The translations under genes were made by a program, and so were the position numbers. The notes below the pieces were generated by a model, which worked only from the letters and a program-made list of their open reading frames with translations, did not search any database and had not been told where the DNA came from. Positions 9,015-19,941 of a stretch of 57,851 bases of DNA are shown piece by piece. Position 1 is the first letter of the stretch. Each line of letters begins with the position of its first letter. Source of the DNA: a virus (Duplodnaviria > Caudoviricetes); the IMG/VR virus record IMGVR_UViG_3300044568_003733, positions 1 through 57,851 of that record, one strand, 5' to 3'.

Positions 9015-10025
9015 ATGAATCTTGTACAAAAAGCGGTTACAAATGGCGGTAAATTAGTCCCTCTAGTTATTTCTAAAGGATTAACAAGTGGAACGGGATT
9101 AATGAACCCCTCCGTATTTATAGATGATGACGGGGACATATTAGTTAATCTTCGTCATGTGAATTACACCCTATATCACTCTGAAAATAGTCAAATGTTT
9201 CCATCTATATGGGGACCCCTATCTTATTTGCATCCAGAAAAAGATCAAAATCTAAGAACAACTAATTATATATGTAGGCTGGATAAAGATCTTGTTATGA
9301 CAGATTATTCTGTTATTGATACAAGTCTTTTAGATGTCCCGCCACTCTGGGAATTTGTTGGTCTTGAAGATGCCAGACTTGTTCAATGGGACGGCATATA
9401 CTATTGTATTGGCGTAAGAAGAGATACAACAAAAAATGGCGTAGGTAGAATGGAATTATCTAAAATAGAACTAGACAAAACAAATTGGTCTGCAAAAGAA
9501 GTGTCACGTATTAGGATACCTGCACCTGGAAATGATAGTTCATATTGTGAAAAAAATTGGTATCCAATACTAGATAAACCCTATCACTTTGTTAAATGGA
9601 CTTCTCCAGCAGAAATTGTAAGAACTTATCCAGATCTTCCCGCCAGATGTGATCAAGTGTCTCTTACTGAGAATATAAAAGTTCCTGCTGATCAAAGAGG
9701 CGGAAGCCAACTAATTCGCTGGAATAGTCTATATCTATCTATAACCCATGAAGTAAACCTATTTAATAATTACCTTAGTCAAAAAGATGGTGTATACCGA
9801 CATAGACTATGTGTCTGGGATGACGATTTAAATTTAATTGGAATTTCTCCAGAACCATTTTCATTTTTAGATGCACGTATAGAATTTGCTGCAGGAGCAG
9901 CAGTATACAATAATGATTTGCTGATATCTTTTGGTCTGCAAGATAATTGTGCGTTTGTTATTAAAGTTCCTGAGATAGTAGTAGAAGACATGATAGGGGA
10001 GGCATTACTAAATGAAATCAATTGA
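9015..10025 (+). CDS. GH130/GH43-like five-bladed propeller glycosidase or phosphorylase
   Basis: MNPS, GLEDARL, EKNWYP, RGGS, IEFAAG, SFGLQD; TATACT lies 6 nt before the ATG. Confidence 0.65.
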   Translation: MNLVQKAVTNGGKLVPLVISKGLTSGTGLMNPSVFIDDDGDILVNLRHVNYTLYHSENSQMFPSIWGPLSYLHPEKDQNLRTTNYICRLDKDLVMTDYSVIDTSLLDVPPLWEFVGLEDARLVQWDGIYYCIGVRRDTTKNGVGRMELSKIELDKTNWSAKEVSRIRIPAPGNDSSYCEKNWYPILDKPYHFVKWTSPAEIVRTYPDLPARCDQVSLTENIKVPADQRGGSQLIRWNSLYLSITHEVNLFNNYLSQKDGVYRHRLCVWDDDLNLIGISPEPFSFLDARIEFAAGAAVYNNDLLISFGLQDNCAFVIKVPEIVVEDMIGEALLNEIN

Positions 10026-10584
10026 AAAATTAATTGAAGATGCATCTCATGATATGTTTAATCCAATATTAAATTTTGAGATTGCTAATAAATATGAGGA
10101 ATTAAATCAAACAGCATCTGCTGTATCTTTTTATTTAAGAGCGGCAGAATATGGATATAATACTAATCCAGAAATTGTTTATACATCATTATTAAAAATG
10201 GCACATTGTTTTAATGATCAGGCTGGAAGAGAAAATAGTGTAACTCATGCTTTGCTTCAAGCTATTCAATATATGCCTAATAGACCTGAAGGATATTTTT
10301 TGCTTTCCCGTTTTTATGAGAGAGATCAAAAGTGGCAACAATGCTACACTTTCGCCGAAATAGGGTTGTTATATTCAAAAACAATTAATCAATTGCCAGC
10401 ATCAGTAGATTATCCAGGAGAGTATGGCCTACTATTTGAAAAAGCTGTAAGTGCATGGTGGATCGGCAAAAAGGAAGAATCTTTAAATATATTTTTAGAA
10501 TTATTAAAACAAGACATGTTAGATATTTATCGTAATGCAATAATATATAATTTGAAAAGAATTGATCCAAATGCTGCTATTTGA
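10012..10584 (+). CDS. TPR-like helical repeat protein
   Basis: FEIANKY...AVSFYLRA and AIQYMPNRPEGYFLLSRFY patterns. Confidence 0.7.
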   Translation: MKSIEKLIEDASHDMFNPILNFEIANKYEELNQTASAVSFYLRAAEYGYNTNPEIVYTSLLKMAHCFNDQAGRENSVTHALLQAIQYMPNRPEGYFLLSRFYERDQKWQQCYTFAEIGLLYSKTINQLPASVDYPGEYGLLFEKAVSAWWIGKKEESLNIFLELLKQDMLDIYRNAIIYNLKRIDPNAAI

Positions 10585-11242
10585 TATTGGCGCAAATAGA
10601 GGAGATGCAGTAGTTGCAGGATTGAATAAAGGATTTGATAAGATTATTGCTTTAGAGCCCGCCCCCAAAATGTTTTATATGCTTTACAATAATTTTAAAA
10701 ACGACAAAAGAGTTATTCCACTTAAGTATGCTGTATCTGATTCTAATGACGAAAAAATTGAATTCTATGAATGTGTAGAAGATGGTCTTTCTACAATTGA
10801 AAAATCTTGGCTAACTGGAGAAGGTGCTATTTATAATGGCAAACAATTTAAAACTATTAAAGCTATTACTTGTACGATAGATTATCTTGTTGAAAAATAC
10901 GGCATTCCAGACTTAGTTAAAATAGATGTAGAGGGAGCAGAATCTCAAGTATTTGGAGGAATGACTTGCAAGCCAAAACAGTTATGTTTTGAATGGAGTC
11001 TATTTACCCTAGATCAGCATCTAGAGCAATTAAAGCGTCTTAGAGATGTTAATGGATACACAGAATTTGCGTTACAATATATTACAGATCATTTAGTAGA
11101 ACCTACAGTTTACCAATCAATGTCTATGATAGACTCTCTTCCTAAGTGGATTGAGGATACCAAAGATGAGTGGGAAAACGGCGGGTGGCTAGAATATGGG
11201 CTCAGACAAACTACAGACGTGGGAATGATTTGGGTAAAATGA
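10571..11242 (+). CDS. FkbM-family SAM-dependent methyltransferase
   Basis: FDIGANRG, ALEP, KIDVEGAE; start taken at the ATG of MLLFD. Confidence 0.85.
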   Translation: MLLFDIGANRGDAVVAGLNKGFDKIIALEPAPKMFYMLYNNFKNDKRVIPLKYAVSDSNDEKIEFYECVEDGLSTIEKSWLTGEGAIYNGKQFKTIKAITCTIDYLVEKYGIPDLVKIDVEGAESQVFGGMTCKPKQLCFEWSLFTLDQHLEQLKRLRDVNGYTEFALQYITDHLVEPTVYQSMSMIDSLPKWIEDTKDEWENGGWLEYGLRQTTDVGMIWVK

Positions 11243-11370
11243 TATATTTAAACACTAAGATTAATCTAAAGGATGGCTTAATATTTAGCCTTTTGCAAAA
11301 GGCTTATAGTACCGAGAATGATATAATATAAAAATGAGTAATACTACTGATAAAAAAGGAGATAATTAAA

Positions 11371-11754
11371 ATGGCACACTTTGCAGAAATCGACGAGAAC
11401 AATATTGTTACTCGTGTATTAGTAGTAGATAACGCAAATGAAGACAATGGGCAAGAATTTCTTGCAGAGACTTTAGGTCTAGGCGGAACTTGGATTAAAA
11501 CTTCATACAACACTTCAGGTGGCGTACACATAAATGGCGGAACACCATTAAGAAAAAATTATGCTGGAATTGGATATTCATATGATGCAGAAAGAGATGC
11601 GTTTATCCCGCCGAAACCTTATAATTCATGGTTATTAAATGACGAAACATGTCTTTGGAGCGCCCCAACACCAATGCCTGTAGAAGAAGGCAAAATTTTT
11701 AAATGGGTTGAAGAAGATTTAAACTGGCAAGAAGTAGAAATGGCACAGGAGTAA
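11371..11754 (+). CDS. Conserved phage protein of the MAHFAE type, usually accompanying glycine-rich fibre genes
   Basis: WIKTSYN, RKNYAGIGYSYD, FIPPKPY.SW; AAGGAG SD; TGATATAAT at 11319-11327. Confidence 0.7.
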   Translation: MAHFAEIDENNIVTRVLVVDNANEDNGQEFLAETLGLGGTWIKTSYNTSGGVHINGGTPLRKNYAGIGYSYDAERDAFIPPKPYNSWLLNDETCLWSAPTPMPVEEGKIFKWVEEDLNWQEVEMAQE

Positions 11755-11821
11755 TTTAAATTAATATAGGCGGATCTAGAGTAGTAATAATTAGATATCA
11801 AATATAGAAGTTAGGAATTAA

Positions 11822-12895
11822 ATGATATTTCATGTGGTAAGCCTACCTCACACTCAAACAACAGATGAGTATTCTAGTTGTGCCTTTACATCTAAAATAA
11901 TTGGTTTTTGTAAAATGATGAAGTCATTGGGACACACAATATATTTATATGCTGGTGAAGAAAATAAAGCTACATGTGATGAATTAATTACATGTATTAC
12001 TGAAGAGCAAAGAAAAGAAGCAGTAGGAGATAATCATTACACCACCGCCTCATTTGACACTAATTTACCACATTGGCAAATATTTAATAATAATGTAATT
12101 AATGAAATTAAAAAACGGGCAGGACAAAAGGACTTCCTCTGTTTTATAGGCGGAACATCTCATAAGCCAATTGCAGATGCTCTACCAGAATTTATGTCAG
12201 TAGAATTTGGTATAGGTTATGGAGCCACATTTGCTAAATATAGAGTTTGGGAATCATATGCTTGGATGCATTCAAATTATACTGGGTATAAAGATCCAAC
12301 AACAGTAGATGGATTATTTTACGATGAAGTAATTCCAGGATACTTTGATCCTACCGAATTTGCATTGCAAGAAGATAAAGAAGATTATTATTTATATCTG
12401 GGCAGACTAATAGATCGTAAAGGATATAATATAGCAGTAGAAGTTTGTAAGAAATTAAATAAAAGATTAATTATTGCTGGTCCTGGAACCCCGCCAGAAT
12501 ACGGTGAATATGTTGGAGTAATTGGTCCAGAAGAAAGAAAGAAATTAATAGGTGGGGCAATTGCATTATTTGCACCTACTCTTTATTTAGAACCATTTGG
12601 TAATATAGTTCCAGAAGCACATCTTTGCGGCACCCCAACAATAACTACAGACTGGGGAGCATTTACAGAAACAAATATTAATGGAGTAACAGGATATAGA
12701 TGTAGATCATTTCAAGAGTTTTGTGATGCTACAGAAAAGGTAAAATATTTAAATCCAGCACAAATATGGCGGAGGGCAGTGGACACTTACTCCCTTGAAG
12801 TAACCGCTCAAAAATATGATAAATACTTTAATAAATTACTTACTTTATGGGATGATGGCTGGTATAGTTATAAACCTGAAAGTGGTATAATTTAA
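11822..12895 (+). CDS. GT-B (GT4-like) glycosyltransferase
   Basis: [20 protein letters not shown] (E-x7-E), [13 protein letters not shown]. Confidence 0.85.
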   Translation: MIFHVVSLPHTQTTDEYSSCAFTSKIIGFCKMMKSLGHTIYLYAGEENKATCDELITCITEEQRKEAVGDNHYTTASFDTNLPHWQIFNNNVINEIKKRAGQKDFLCFIGGTSHKPIADALPEFMSVEFGIGYGATFAKYRVWESYAWMHSNYTGYKDPTTVDGLFYDEVIPGYFDPTEFALQEDKEDYYLYLGRLIDRKGYNIAVEVCKKLNKRLIIAGPGTPPEYGEYVGVIGPEERKKLIGGAIALFAPTLYLEPFGNIVPEAHLCGTPTITTDWGAFTETNINGVTGYRCRSFQEFCDATEKVKYLNPAQIWRRAVDTYSLEVTAQKYDKYFNKLLTLWDDGWYSYKPESGII

Positions 12896-12897
12896 AA

Positions 12898-14367
12898 ATG
12901 ACCACAGCTAAAGGCTTTCGCTATCCAGTATATTCAGACACTCCAGATGTCCCAAGAGATTTGGAATATTTAGCTGAAGATGTCGATACTTATTTAACAG
13001 CACATCCAGGACCAACTGGCCCATCAGGCCCATCAGGCCCATCAGGTCCATCAGGTCCATCAGGTCCATCAGGTGTTTCAGGCCCATCAGGTCCGTCAGG
13101 TCCGTCAGGTGCAACAGGTGCTACTGGTCCCACAGGACCAACTGGCGCAACTGGTCCGTCAGGTCCATCAGGAGCAACTGGAGCACAAGGAGCGGGAGTA
13201 ACAATACTTGGTAGCTATGCTACATTAGGCGCATTACAAACAGCACATCCTACAGGAGATCTTGGAGATGGATATGTTGTTGGTCCAGACTTATATGTTT
13301 GGGATGGAGATGAATGGTTAAATGTTGGTCCATTACAAGGTCCATCAGGTCCGTCAGGTCCATCAGGAGCATCAGGTCCATCAGGCCCAAGCGGCCCAAG
13401 TGGACCAAGCGGATCATCAGGGCCAACAGGGCCTGCACCAGCATTTTCAATAACATCAGATACTCCGCCATCTTCTCCAGTTACAGGACAAGCATGGTTT
13501 AATTCTACAAATGGAACACAATATACATATTATGATTCATATTGGGTAGAGGTTGGACAATCTTTAATTGGACCAACAGGTGCAACAGGACCTAGCGGAC
13601 CATCAGGACCATCAGGTGCTTCAGGTCCATCAGGACCAACTGGTGCAAATAGCACAGTATCAGGTCCATCAGGACCAAGTGGACCATCAGGCCCATCAGG
13701 CCCAAGTGGACCATCAGGCCCAAGTGGACCAAGTGGATCATCAGGATATACTCCAACTGGCTGGACAGCAATAATTACAAATCAAGCTGTAACATCTGGA
13801 ACTACGGTCACACTATCTGGACTTGGAACGTATAATAGACTTAAAATAATTTGGCATAGACAAGAAAGTAGTGGTGGCACACTTGCTTCTCCATCAGATA
13901 ATATAGATCATTTTTTAGTAGGATCTGTGAATGGTGGAGGATCAGGAAATAGTAAATTTGGATATAGCCAAGTAGAATTTATTGGATATTCATTAAGTTC
14001 ATTTTATGGAACTGGCGGAACTGGCGGAACTGGTTTGTCTGGATATGAATCAGCTGCGTATGGAGCAAATAATTCAGACCCTGGATTATTTATAGTTCCT
14101 TCAGGTCCTTCAGGAGGATCTATAGAAATTTTTGACAACTTATCTTCTACTGCAAAATCATACAATTTAATAGCAAATGGCCGACAAAGTATATCTAGCA
14201 CAGCATATCCAAAAATTAAATTTGTAACTGGAATGTGGGATAAGGCAGATCCTATTAGCTCAATTACTTTTGAATTACTTTATGGAAGCAATGGACAGTT
14301 TGGTAGAGTTATAGGCGGATCCGTTCAATTAGCTACATATTTTACAATACTAGGGAGTACACTATGA
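12898..14367 (+). CDS. Collagen-like fibre protein with three Gly-Pro-Ser-rich blocks
   Basis: G-X-Y runs at about 13009-13194, 13339-13437 and 13570-13746; LYVWDG and GQAWFNS..G..Y.YYD..WV junction motifs. Confidence 0.85.
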   Translation: MTTAKGFRYPVYSDTPDVPRDLEYLAEDVDTYLTAHPGPTGPSGPSGPSGPSGPSGPSGVSGPSGPSGPSGATGATGPTGPTGATGPSGPSGATGAQGAGVTILGSYATLGALQTAHPTGDLGDGYVVGPDLYVWDGDEWLNVGPLQGPSGPSGPSGASGPSGPSGPSGPSGSSGPTGPAPAFSITSDTPPSSPVTGQAWFNSTNGTQYTYYDSYWVEVGQSLIGPTGATGPSGPSGPSGASGPSGPTGANSTVSGPSGPSGPSGPSGPSGPSGPSGPSGSSGYTPTGWTAIITNQAVTSGTTVTLSGLGTYNRLKIIWHRQESSGGTLASPSDNIDHFLVGSVNGGGSGNSKFGYSQVEFIGYSLSSFYGTGGTGGTGLSGYESAAYGANNSDPGLFIVPSGPSGGSIEIFDNLSSTAKSYNLIANGRQSISSTAYPKIKFVTGMWDKADPISSITFELLYGSNGQFGRVIGGSVQLATYFTILGSTL

Positions 14368-14606
14368 TAGATGTAACAGAAATAAATATTTCTACTGGAG
14401 AAGTTACTGAAAGAGAATATACTCAAGAAGAAATAGATAAAAGAATAGAACTTGAGTCTAATCCTCCACAAAAAATTATTGACATAAGATCTCAAGATCA
14501 ATTTTTAGAAAATGAAGAAATTATTGCATTAAAACAATCTGCTATAGATAAATTAAAGGCATTGGGTTTAACAGAAGAAGAAGCTAAAGCATTGGCAGGT
14601 ATATAA
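14364..14606 (+). CDS. Small fibre-associated protein, putative assembly chaperone
   Basis: [12 protein letters not shown]...[12 protein letters not shown]; ATGA overlap with the collagen gene. Confidence 0.55.
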   Translation: MIDVTEINISTGEVTEREYTQEEIDKRIELESNPPQKIIDIRSQDQFLENEEIIALKQSAIDKLKALGLTEEEAKALAGI

Positions 14607-14607
14607 C

Positions 14608-15156
14608 GTGCCAATAGATTTTCCAAATTCTCCAACTTTAAATGATGTTCACACAGTAGGAAGTAATTCCTGGAAATGGGATGCAACATCTTGGAATCTT
14701 GTAAGAAGTATTGGCCCATCTGGTCCTACTGGAGCAACAGGGCCTACAGGGCCAACTGGACCTAGCGGAGCAACTGGACCATCTGGAGCAACTGGTCCTA
14801 CTGGAGTAACAGGACCAAGCGGTGCGGCATCAGTATATGCTATAAATACTCAAACAGCATCTTATACTGCAGTATATTCAGATTCTTCAGCAATAGTAAG
14901 AATGAATGTTGGATCTTCAAATACATTTAGTATTCCTGTATCAACAAGCCCTACCGACTTTGAAATAGGATCATCAATAACAGTTTGGCAAATGGGTTCT
15001 GGTCAAACAACTATTCAAGCCTCAAATTCTGGAACTACAACAATACAATCAACAGGCGCATCTGCTGCCGCTCCAAAATTAAGAACTCAATATAGTTCAG
15101 CCGTAATAACTAAAGTAGCGGCAAATTTATGGTATGTGGCTGGAGATGTGGTTTGA
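14608..15156 (+). CDS. Short collagen-like virion protein
   Basis: IDFPNSPT N-terminus, G-X-Y block at ~14713-14823, C-terminal LRTQYSSA...W..AGD. Confidence 0.75.
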   Translation: MPIDFPNSPTLNDVHTVGSNSWKWDATSWNLVRSIGPSGPTGATGPTGPTGPSGATGPSGATGPTGVTGPSGAASVYAINTQTASYTAVYSDSSAIVRMNVGSSNTFSIPVSTSPTDFEIGSSITVWQMGSGQTTIQASNSGTTTIQSTGASAAAPKLRTQYSSAVITKVAANLWYVAGDVV

Positions 15157-16044
15157 TTGCGTCATCTAATAGGAATATTTTCTTCTGAAATATCAAAGAG
15201 AACATTTGTAAGTGGCGGAACATTATCTTCTGATTCAACATATTATTATAGAACATTTACTGGTACAGATAATTTAATAATAACTGGACCAAGTATCTCT
15301 GTTGAATATTTAGTAATTGCAGGTGGAGGTAGTGGTGGTTGGGGTGGAGGCGGTGGAGGTGCAGGTGGAGTCAGATCTTCATCAGCAACATTAACTGCTG
15401 GCTTGTATCCTGCAACAGTTGGTGCAGGCGGAGCTTATTATATAACTGGAACAAACCCATCATCATTTAATTCATTTGAGTCTGCAGGCGGAGGAGTAGG
15501 GTCAACAAACAGTTTTGGAGCAGGAGCAAATAATGGAGGTTCAGGCGGCGGAGCAAGTGGTACTGGTGGGGCTTCCATAGCTGCAGGTTTTGGAAATACT
15601 CCAGCAACATCCCCTTCTCAAGGAAATAATGGAGGACCTGGTTCTGTCGGACACGGCGGTGGTGGTGGTGCAGGGGCATCTGGTGGAGCAGCTAGTGGAA
15701 ATTATGGTGGCTCTGGAGGAAATGGAACCAATTCTTATTCATCTTGGGCTTCAGCAACATCTACTGGAGTTAGTGGATATTATGCAGGAGGAGGTGGCGG
15801 TGGAAGCGTTGAAGTTGCTTATCAAGCTACTGGAGGTTTAGGCGGTGGTGGCTCAGGTGGATATATTTATAATCAAGATACTCAGCCATATAACGATTTA
15901 AATTTAGGAGCAACAAATTCTGGATCTGGTGGCGGTGGTGGAGGAAACGGAGTTGTTGGATCGGGATACAATCAGGCATATCCTGGAAACGGCGGTTCTG
16001 GTATAGTTATAGTTAGATACTTAAAATCAGCAGTAGGAGGATAA
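15157..16044 (+). CDS. Glycine-rich virion fibre protein
   Basis: VEYLVIAGGG...YYAGGGGG...GGSGIVIVRY. Confidence 0.75.
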   Translation: MRHLIGIFSSEISKRTFVSGGTLSSDSTYYYRTFTGTDNLIITGPSISVEYLVIAGGGSGGWGGGGGGAGGVRSSSATLTAGLYPATVGAGGAYYITGTNPSSFNSFESAGGGVGSTNSFGAGANNGGSGGGASGTGGASIAAGFGNTPATSPSQGNNGGPGSVGHGGGGGAGASGGAASGNYGGSGGNGTNSYSSWASATSTGVSGYYAGGGGGGSVEVAYQATGGLGGGGSGGYIYNQDTQPYNDLNLGATNSGSGGGGGGNGVVGSGYNQAYPGNGGSGIVIVRYLKSAVGG

Positions 16045-17906
16045 TGTCTTATCAATTAAAAATATTAAAAGACCACCCTATTGTATATTATCCAATATCT
16101 GAAACATATACTTCATTAATAGGCTCATATCAAGATGTATTAGACACATATGATACATATCAAGAATTTGAAGATGATTTTTCAACATACAGGGAAATAG
16201 TATCCAATACTATATTTGATAAATCTGGATGTGGAAATGATGGTATATATCAAGGAGATCTAACAGATACATTTTTACCATTAACATCTGGCGGAAGTCA
16301 TGCAGCAAAAATAACAAATACAAACTACATGCTAGTTCCTACTACTTTTGATTATTATGGTTCTACAGCATCAGGCGGGTTTGGAAATAAATATACATCA
16401 GATAATGATTTTACAATAGAAGCATGGATATACCCAAATATACCTACTACTAATTTAACTACTATTTTTGCCGACCCAGCAAATGATGTTGGAGTATTCT
16501 GGCAAAGAGGAAATATTATATTTAAGCTTGACTCAGAAATACTAAACTATACCGTTCCATATTTTAAAAAAGCCCTACATATTGTAGCCGTATATTCAGT
16601 TTTTCAAATGATAATTTATGTAGATGGTAAGGCGGTGGCTTCAAAAGATCTTACAGATTTTACTTTTACAAACACATCCCTATCTTTACAAATTGGTCCT
16701 ACAGCACATGCTACAGATTCATTTATTGTAGATGATCCAGCAGTATATAGGTATGCTTTATCTGCTACTCAAATTTTAAATCATTATAATGACAATGGGT
16801 TCTTGCCACCAATACAAATAGCATACCCAGATAATGGACAGATATTTGAATTTTATGATAATAGCATTAGTTCTCAATACAGATATTCTTATCCAGCCGA
16901 TAGATCTTGGGAATACTTTTTAACCGATGATTTATATTATAATAGAGATGACAATGCAATTGAAATAGCATACTCTGAAAGCGGAGTTTCAAAAACTGTA
17001 TACCTAACAGACTTAGTTACTATTCCGCTGGGAATTACAATGGATTCTTCTAAAATTGAATGGTATGGCGATAATGGAATTATGGTGGAAACCAGTATAG
17101 ATAACTCTACATGGGTTCAATGCATGAATGGTGAATCAATCCCTCAATATAAATTAAATAGTTTTAATTCCTCAGGCTTTGTTTATTTAAAGATAACCTT
17201 ATCCACCACAGACAATAGTAAATATCTTCCTAAGATTTCTAATTTAACTTTATCTTTTTATAATGATCAAGTAATGTATGCCCAAAATGGTGGAAGCTAT
17301 ATGTCGACATTTGCTGATTTGGCTGGTATATCAGATCCAGCAATAAGCCTTGGTCCTAATAAATATCCTATTTTATCTAGAGATTATAGGAATGGAATTA
17401 GGGTTCCAGCAAATTCTGGATTTTATATTAATTCCAATATACCCGTAAAGACTATAGAGTTTTTCTATACGCCAGACGCAATTACAAATAGCGGATTAAT
17501 TTCTTCTATTTCAAATAACGGCTATGCGGCATCGAACTTCTCTTGGTCCTCTGGGACAATTAGTAAAACCAACATAAATTCAATATATGTAAATGGAGTA
17601 AATAAGTCCTCAGCAACTAGCATATCTAATGTTTTTACATCTAAAGATCTTCACCATGTGGTCATAACTTATACAAATTCAATTTACGGCCCGCTTAAAT
17701 TTAATAATGCTTCAGGAGTAGGCGTAGGGTCCTTAATTCAAAATGTTGCCCTATACGAGGATCAATTTACGGGAACTCAAATATCAAATCATTATGATCT
17801 ATATCTAGGTAGGGCTTCTGTAATATGCCAAGATTCGACTATAAACTTGACAGAAAATTCAGCTCAGGCTTATAATAATGACTGGCTCGTGATACAAAAC
17901 GTATAA
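16044..17906 (+). CDS. LamG/ConA-like domain structural protein
   Basis: FTIEAWI, HIVAVY, IYVDG, DDPAVYRYALS...HY; a second degenerate copy near the C-terminus. Confidence 0.75.
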   Translation: MSYQLKILKDHPIVYYPISETYTSLIGSYQDVLDTYDTYQEFEDDFSTYREIVSNTIFDKSGCGNDGIYQGDLTDTFLPLTSGGSHAAKITNTNYMLVPTTFDYYGSTASGGFGNKYTSDNDFTIEAWIYPNIPTTNLTTIFADPANDVGVFWQRGNIIFKLDSEILNYTVPYFKKALHIVAVYSVFQMIIYVDGKAVASKDLTDFTFTNTSLSLQIGPTAHATDSFIVDDPAVYRYALSATQILNHYNDNGFLPPIQIAYPDNGQIFEFYDNSISSQYRYSYPADRSWEYFLTDDLYYNRDDNAIEIAYSESGVSKTVYLTDLVTIPLGITMDSSKIEWYGDNGIMVETSIDNSTWVQCMNGESIPQYKLNSFNSSGFVYLKITLSTTDNSKYLPKISNLTLSFYNDQVMYAQNGGSYMSTFADLAGISDPAISLGPNKYPILSRDYRNGIRVPANSGFYINSNIPVKTIEFFYTPDAITNSGLISSISNNGYAASNFSWSSGTISKTNINSIYVNGVNKSSATSISNVFTSKDLHHVVITYTNSIYGPLKFNNASGVGVGSLIQNVALYEDQFTGTQISNHYDLYLGRASVICQDSTINLTENSAQAYNNDWLVIQNV

Positions 17907-17969
17907 CTTTGTCAAACCTTTGGACAAAATCTGGACTTTAACCTAAAAGAATGGTAAAATTAATACCTA

Positions 17970-18305
17970 ATGGATATTAAAAGAGTTAAGCAATCTGTAG
18001 TAGAAGAAACTAACCTAGGAATTTATGTGTGGGAAATTGACGGCAAATGGGTTGGCGATGATGATGGTAATTATCTTTCTGTGACCTCCAAAAAAGGAAA
18101 TAGAGAAAAGATTGAAATGCTTAGAAAAGCCGTTGCCCACTATGGCGTAAATAGAGGAGAGCCAAAGTTTTTGGCGGGACGCAGAAAAATTGATGACGAA
18201 GAATTTGAGTATCAACAACAAAGGTTGAAATGGGGTCTAACTCCAGATCCACTAGACATTGGCGAATACAAGGATCAAGTTAGAGCAGCAAAGGGAGCTA
18301 GATAA
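17970..18305 (+). CDS. Hypothetical protein directly upstream of portal
   Basis: Clean ORF; TGGTAAAAT promoter at 17952-17960. Confidence 0.7.
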   Translation: MDIKRVKQSVVEETNLGIYVWEIDGKWVGDDDGNYLSVTSKKGNREKIEMLRKAVAHYGVNRGEPKFLAGRRKIDDEEFEYQQQRLKWGLTPDPLDIGEYKDQVRAAKGAR

Positions 18306-19886
18306 ATGGAATTTATGAACGACGAAGAGTCATCAGATCAAATTTTTATATCAAACGATTCTGATTGGATTAAGTTTAATAAGAAGCCAGTTGTAGAAAA
18401 TGATCCATTTAAAATTGAAGGCGCAGAATTAAAAAAGGTTAATGGACTAGGCTCATCATTTAAACGTAAAGTTTCAAGAGATTTACAAAAAAGATTTGTG
18501 GGTCAAGAAGGAGCGGAAACACAACAAAACTTATTAGCACAAGCAATAACTGGCTATGCTATGTTCGATCTTATTGAGCCACCATACAACTTAGAATATC
18601 TTTCCAGAATTTATGAAATCTCTCCATACAACTATGCAGCAATTAATGCAAAGGTGGCGAATATTGTTGGACTAGGATTCTCATTTGTAGAAACAAGAAA
18701 GGCCAACGAAGCCCTTGACAGCATTTCAGATGAAAGACAATTAGAGCGGGCACGTCGTAAATTAAATAAGCTTCGTCAAGACCTAGATTCTTGGCTAGAA
18801 GAAGTAAATGAAGAAGAAACATTTACAGAAACATTAATTAAAGCTTATGTAGATTTAGAAGCAACAGGAAATGGTTACATTGAAATAGGCAGAACAACTG
18901 CTGGCAACATTGGATACATTGGGCATATTCCTGCAAAGACAATGCGAGTACGCAGACTTCGTGATGGCTTTATTCAATTGCTTTATGGCAAGGCAGTATA
19001 CTTTAGAAACTTCGGAGATCAAGAAACTGAAAACCCAATTGCAGATGGATCAGATCGTCCAAATGAAATTATTCACCTAAAGAAATATACTCCAATGAAT
19101 AACTACTATGGAATTCCAGATATTATTGCAGCACAAAATGCTATGGCGGGAAATGAATTTGCTGGAAAGTATAATCTAGACTACTTTGAAAACAAGGCGG
19201 TCCCAAGATATATCATTACAGTTAAAGGTGCTAAACTAGCTCCAGAGTCAGAGCGTAAATTATTAGAATTTTTCCAGGTCGGATTAAAAGGTAAAAATCA
19301 TAGATCCCTATATGTTCCCCTTCCAGCCGATAGTGCAGACTCAAAGGTTGAATTTAAAATGGAGCCAATTGAGGCAAATTCTCAAGAGTCCTCATTTAAC
19401 GTTTATCGTAAATCAAATAGAGATGAAATTCTTTTGGCCCATAGAGTTCCAATTAGCAAAATCGGATTACCTGAAGGAGTCAATTTGGCTTCAGCCAGAG
19501 ACTCAGATAAAATGTTTAAAGAGCAGGTATGCCGTCCAGCACAGGATATTTTAGAAAAGAAATTAAATAAAATAATTGAAGAAAAGACAGATGTGCTATT
19601 AATTAAATTTAATGAATTAACCTTGACTGATGAAGATACTCAATCTAAGATAGATGAGAGATATTTAAGAATGCAGGTAATTACCCCTAATGAAGTTCGA
19701 ATTAGAAAAGGTATGGTTCCAATTGATGGTGGAGATTCAATTGTTCAATTAAAGCCACAACAGGCTGCCGAACAAACTGCACAAGCTATGAATTCTCGTC
19801 AAAGAACTCAGGAGCGGGATGCTAATTCTCCAGATATTTCTGGGGAGGCTAGAAATCCAAAAGGAGAGGGTAGAGTAACCGCTTAA
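18306..19886 (+). CDS. Portal protein
   Basis: EATGNGY.E, NEIIH.K, YYG.P, YFENKA.P, ITPNEVR; position before protease and capsid. Confidence 0.9.
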   Translation: MEFMNDEESSDQIFISNDSDWIKFNKKPVVENDPFKIEGAELKKVNGLGSSFKRKVSRDLQKRFVGQEGAETQQNLLAQAITGYAMFDLIEPPYNLEYLSRIYEISPYNYAAINAKVANIVGLGFSFVETRKANEALDSISDERQLERARRKLNKLRQDLDSWLEEVNEEETFTETLIKAYVDLEATGNGYIEIGRTTAGNIGYIGHIPAKTMRVRRLRDGFIQLLYGKAVYFRNFGDQETENPIADGSDRPNEIIHLKKYTPMNNYYGIPDIIAAQNAMAGNEFAGKYNLDYFENKAVPRYIITVKGAKLAPESERKLLEFFQVGLKGKNHRSLYVPLPADSADSKVEFKMEPIEANSQESSFNVYRKSNRDEILLAHRVPISKIGLPEGVNLASARDSDKMFKEQVCRPAQDILEKKLNKIIEEKTDVLLIKFNELTLTDEDTQSKIDERYLRMQVITPNEVRIRKGMVPIDGGDSIVQLKPQQAAEQTAQAMNSRQRTQERDANSPDISGEARNPKGEGRVTA

Positions 19887-19941
19887 TTATTAGGCAACTA
19901 GTTATTTGCCTTTTGACGTATACAAGTATAAAATTGAGCAT

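Noticed and set aside
12908-13774. Repetitive ORFs such as MDLMDL and DHQDHQ
   Set aside because: Off-frame readings of the collagen 9-bp repeats.
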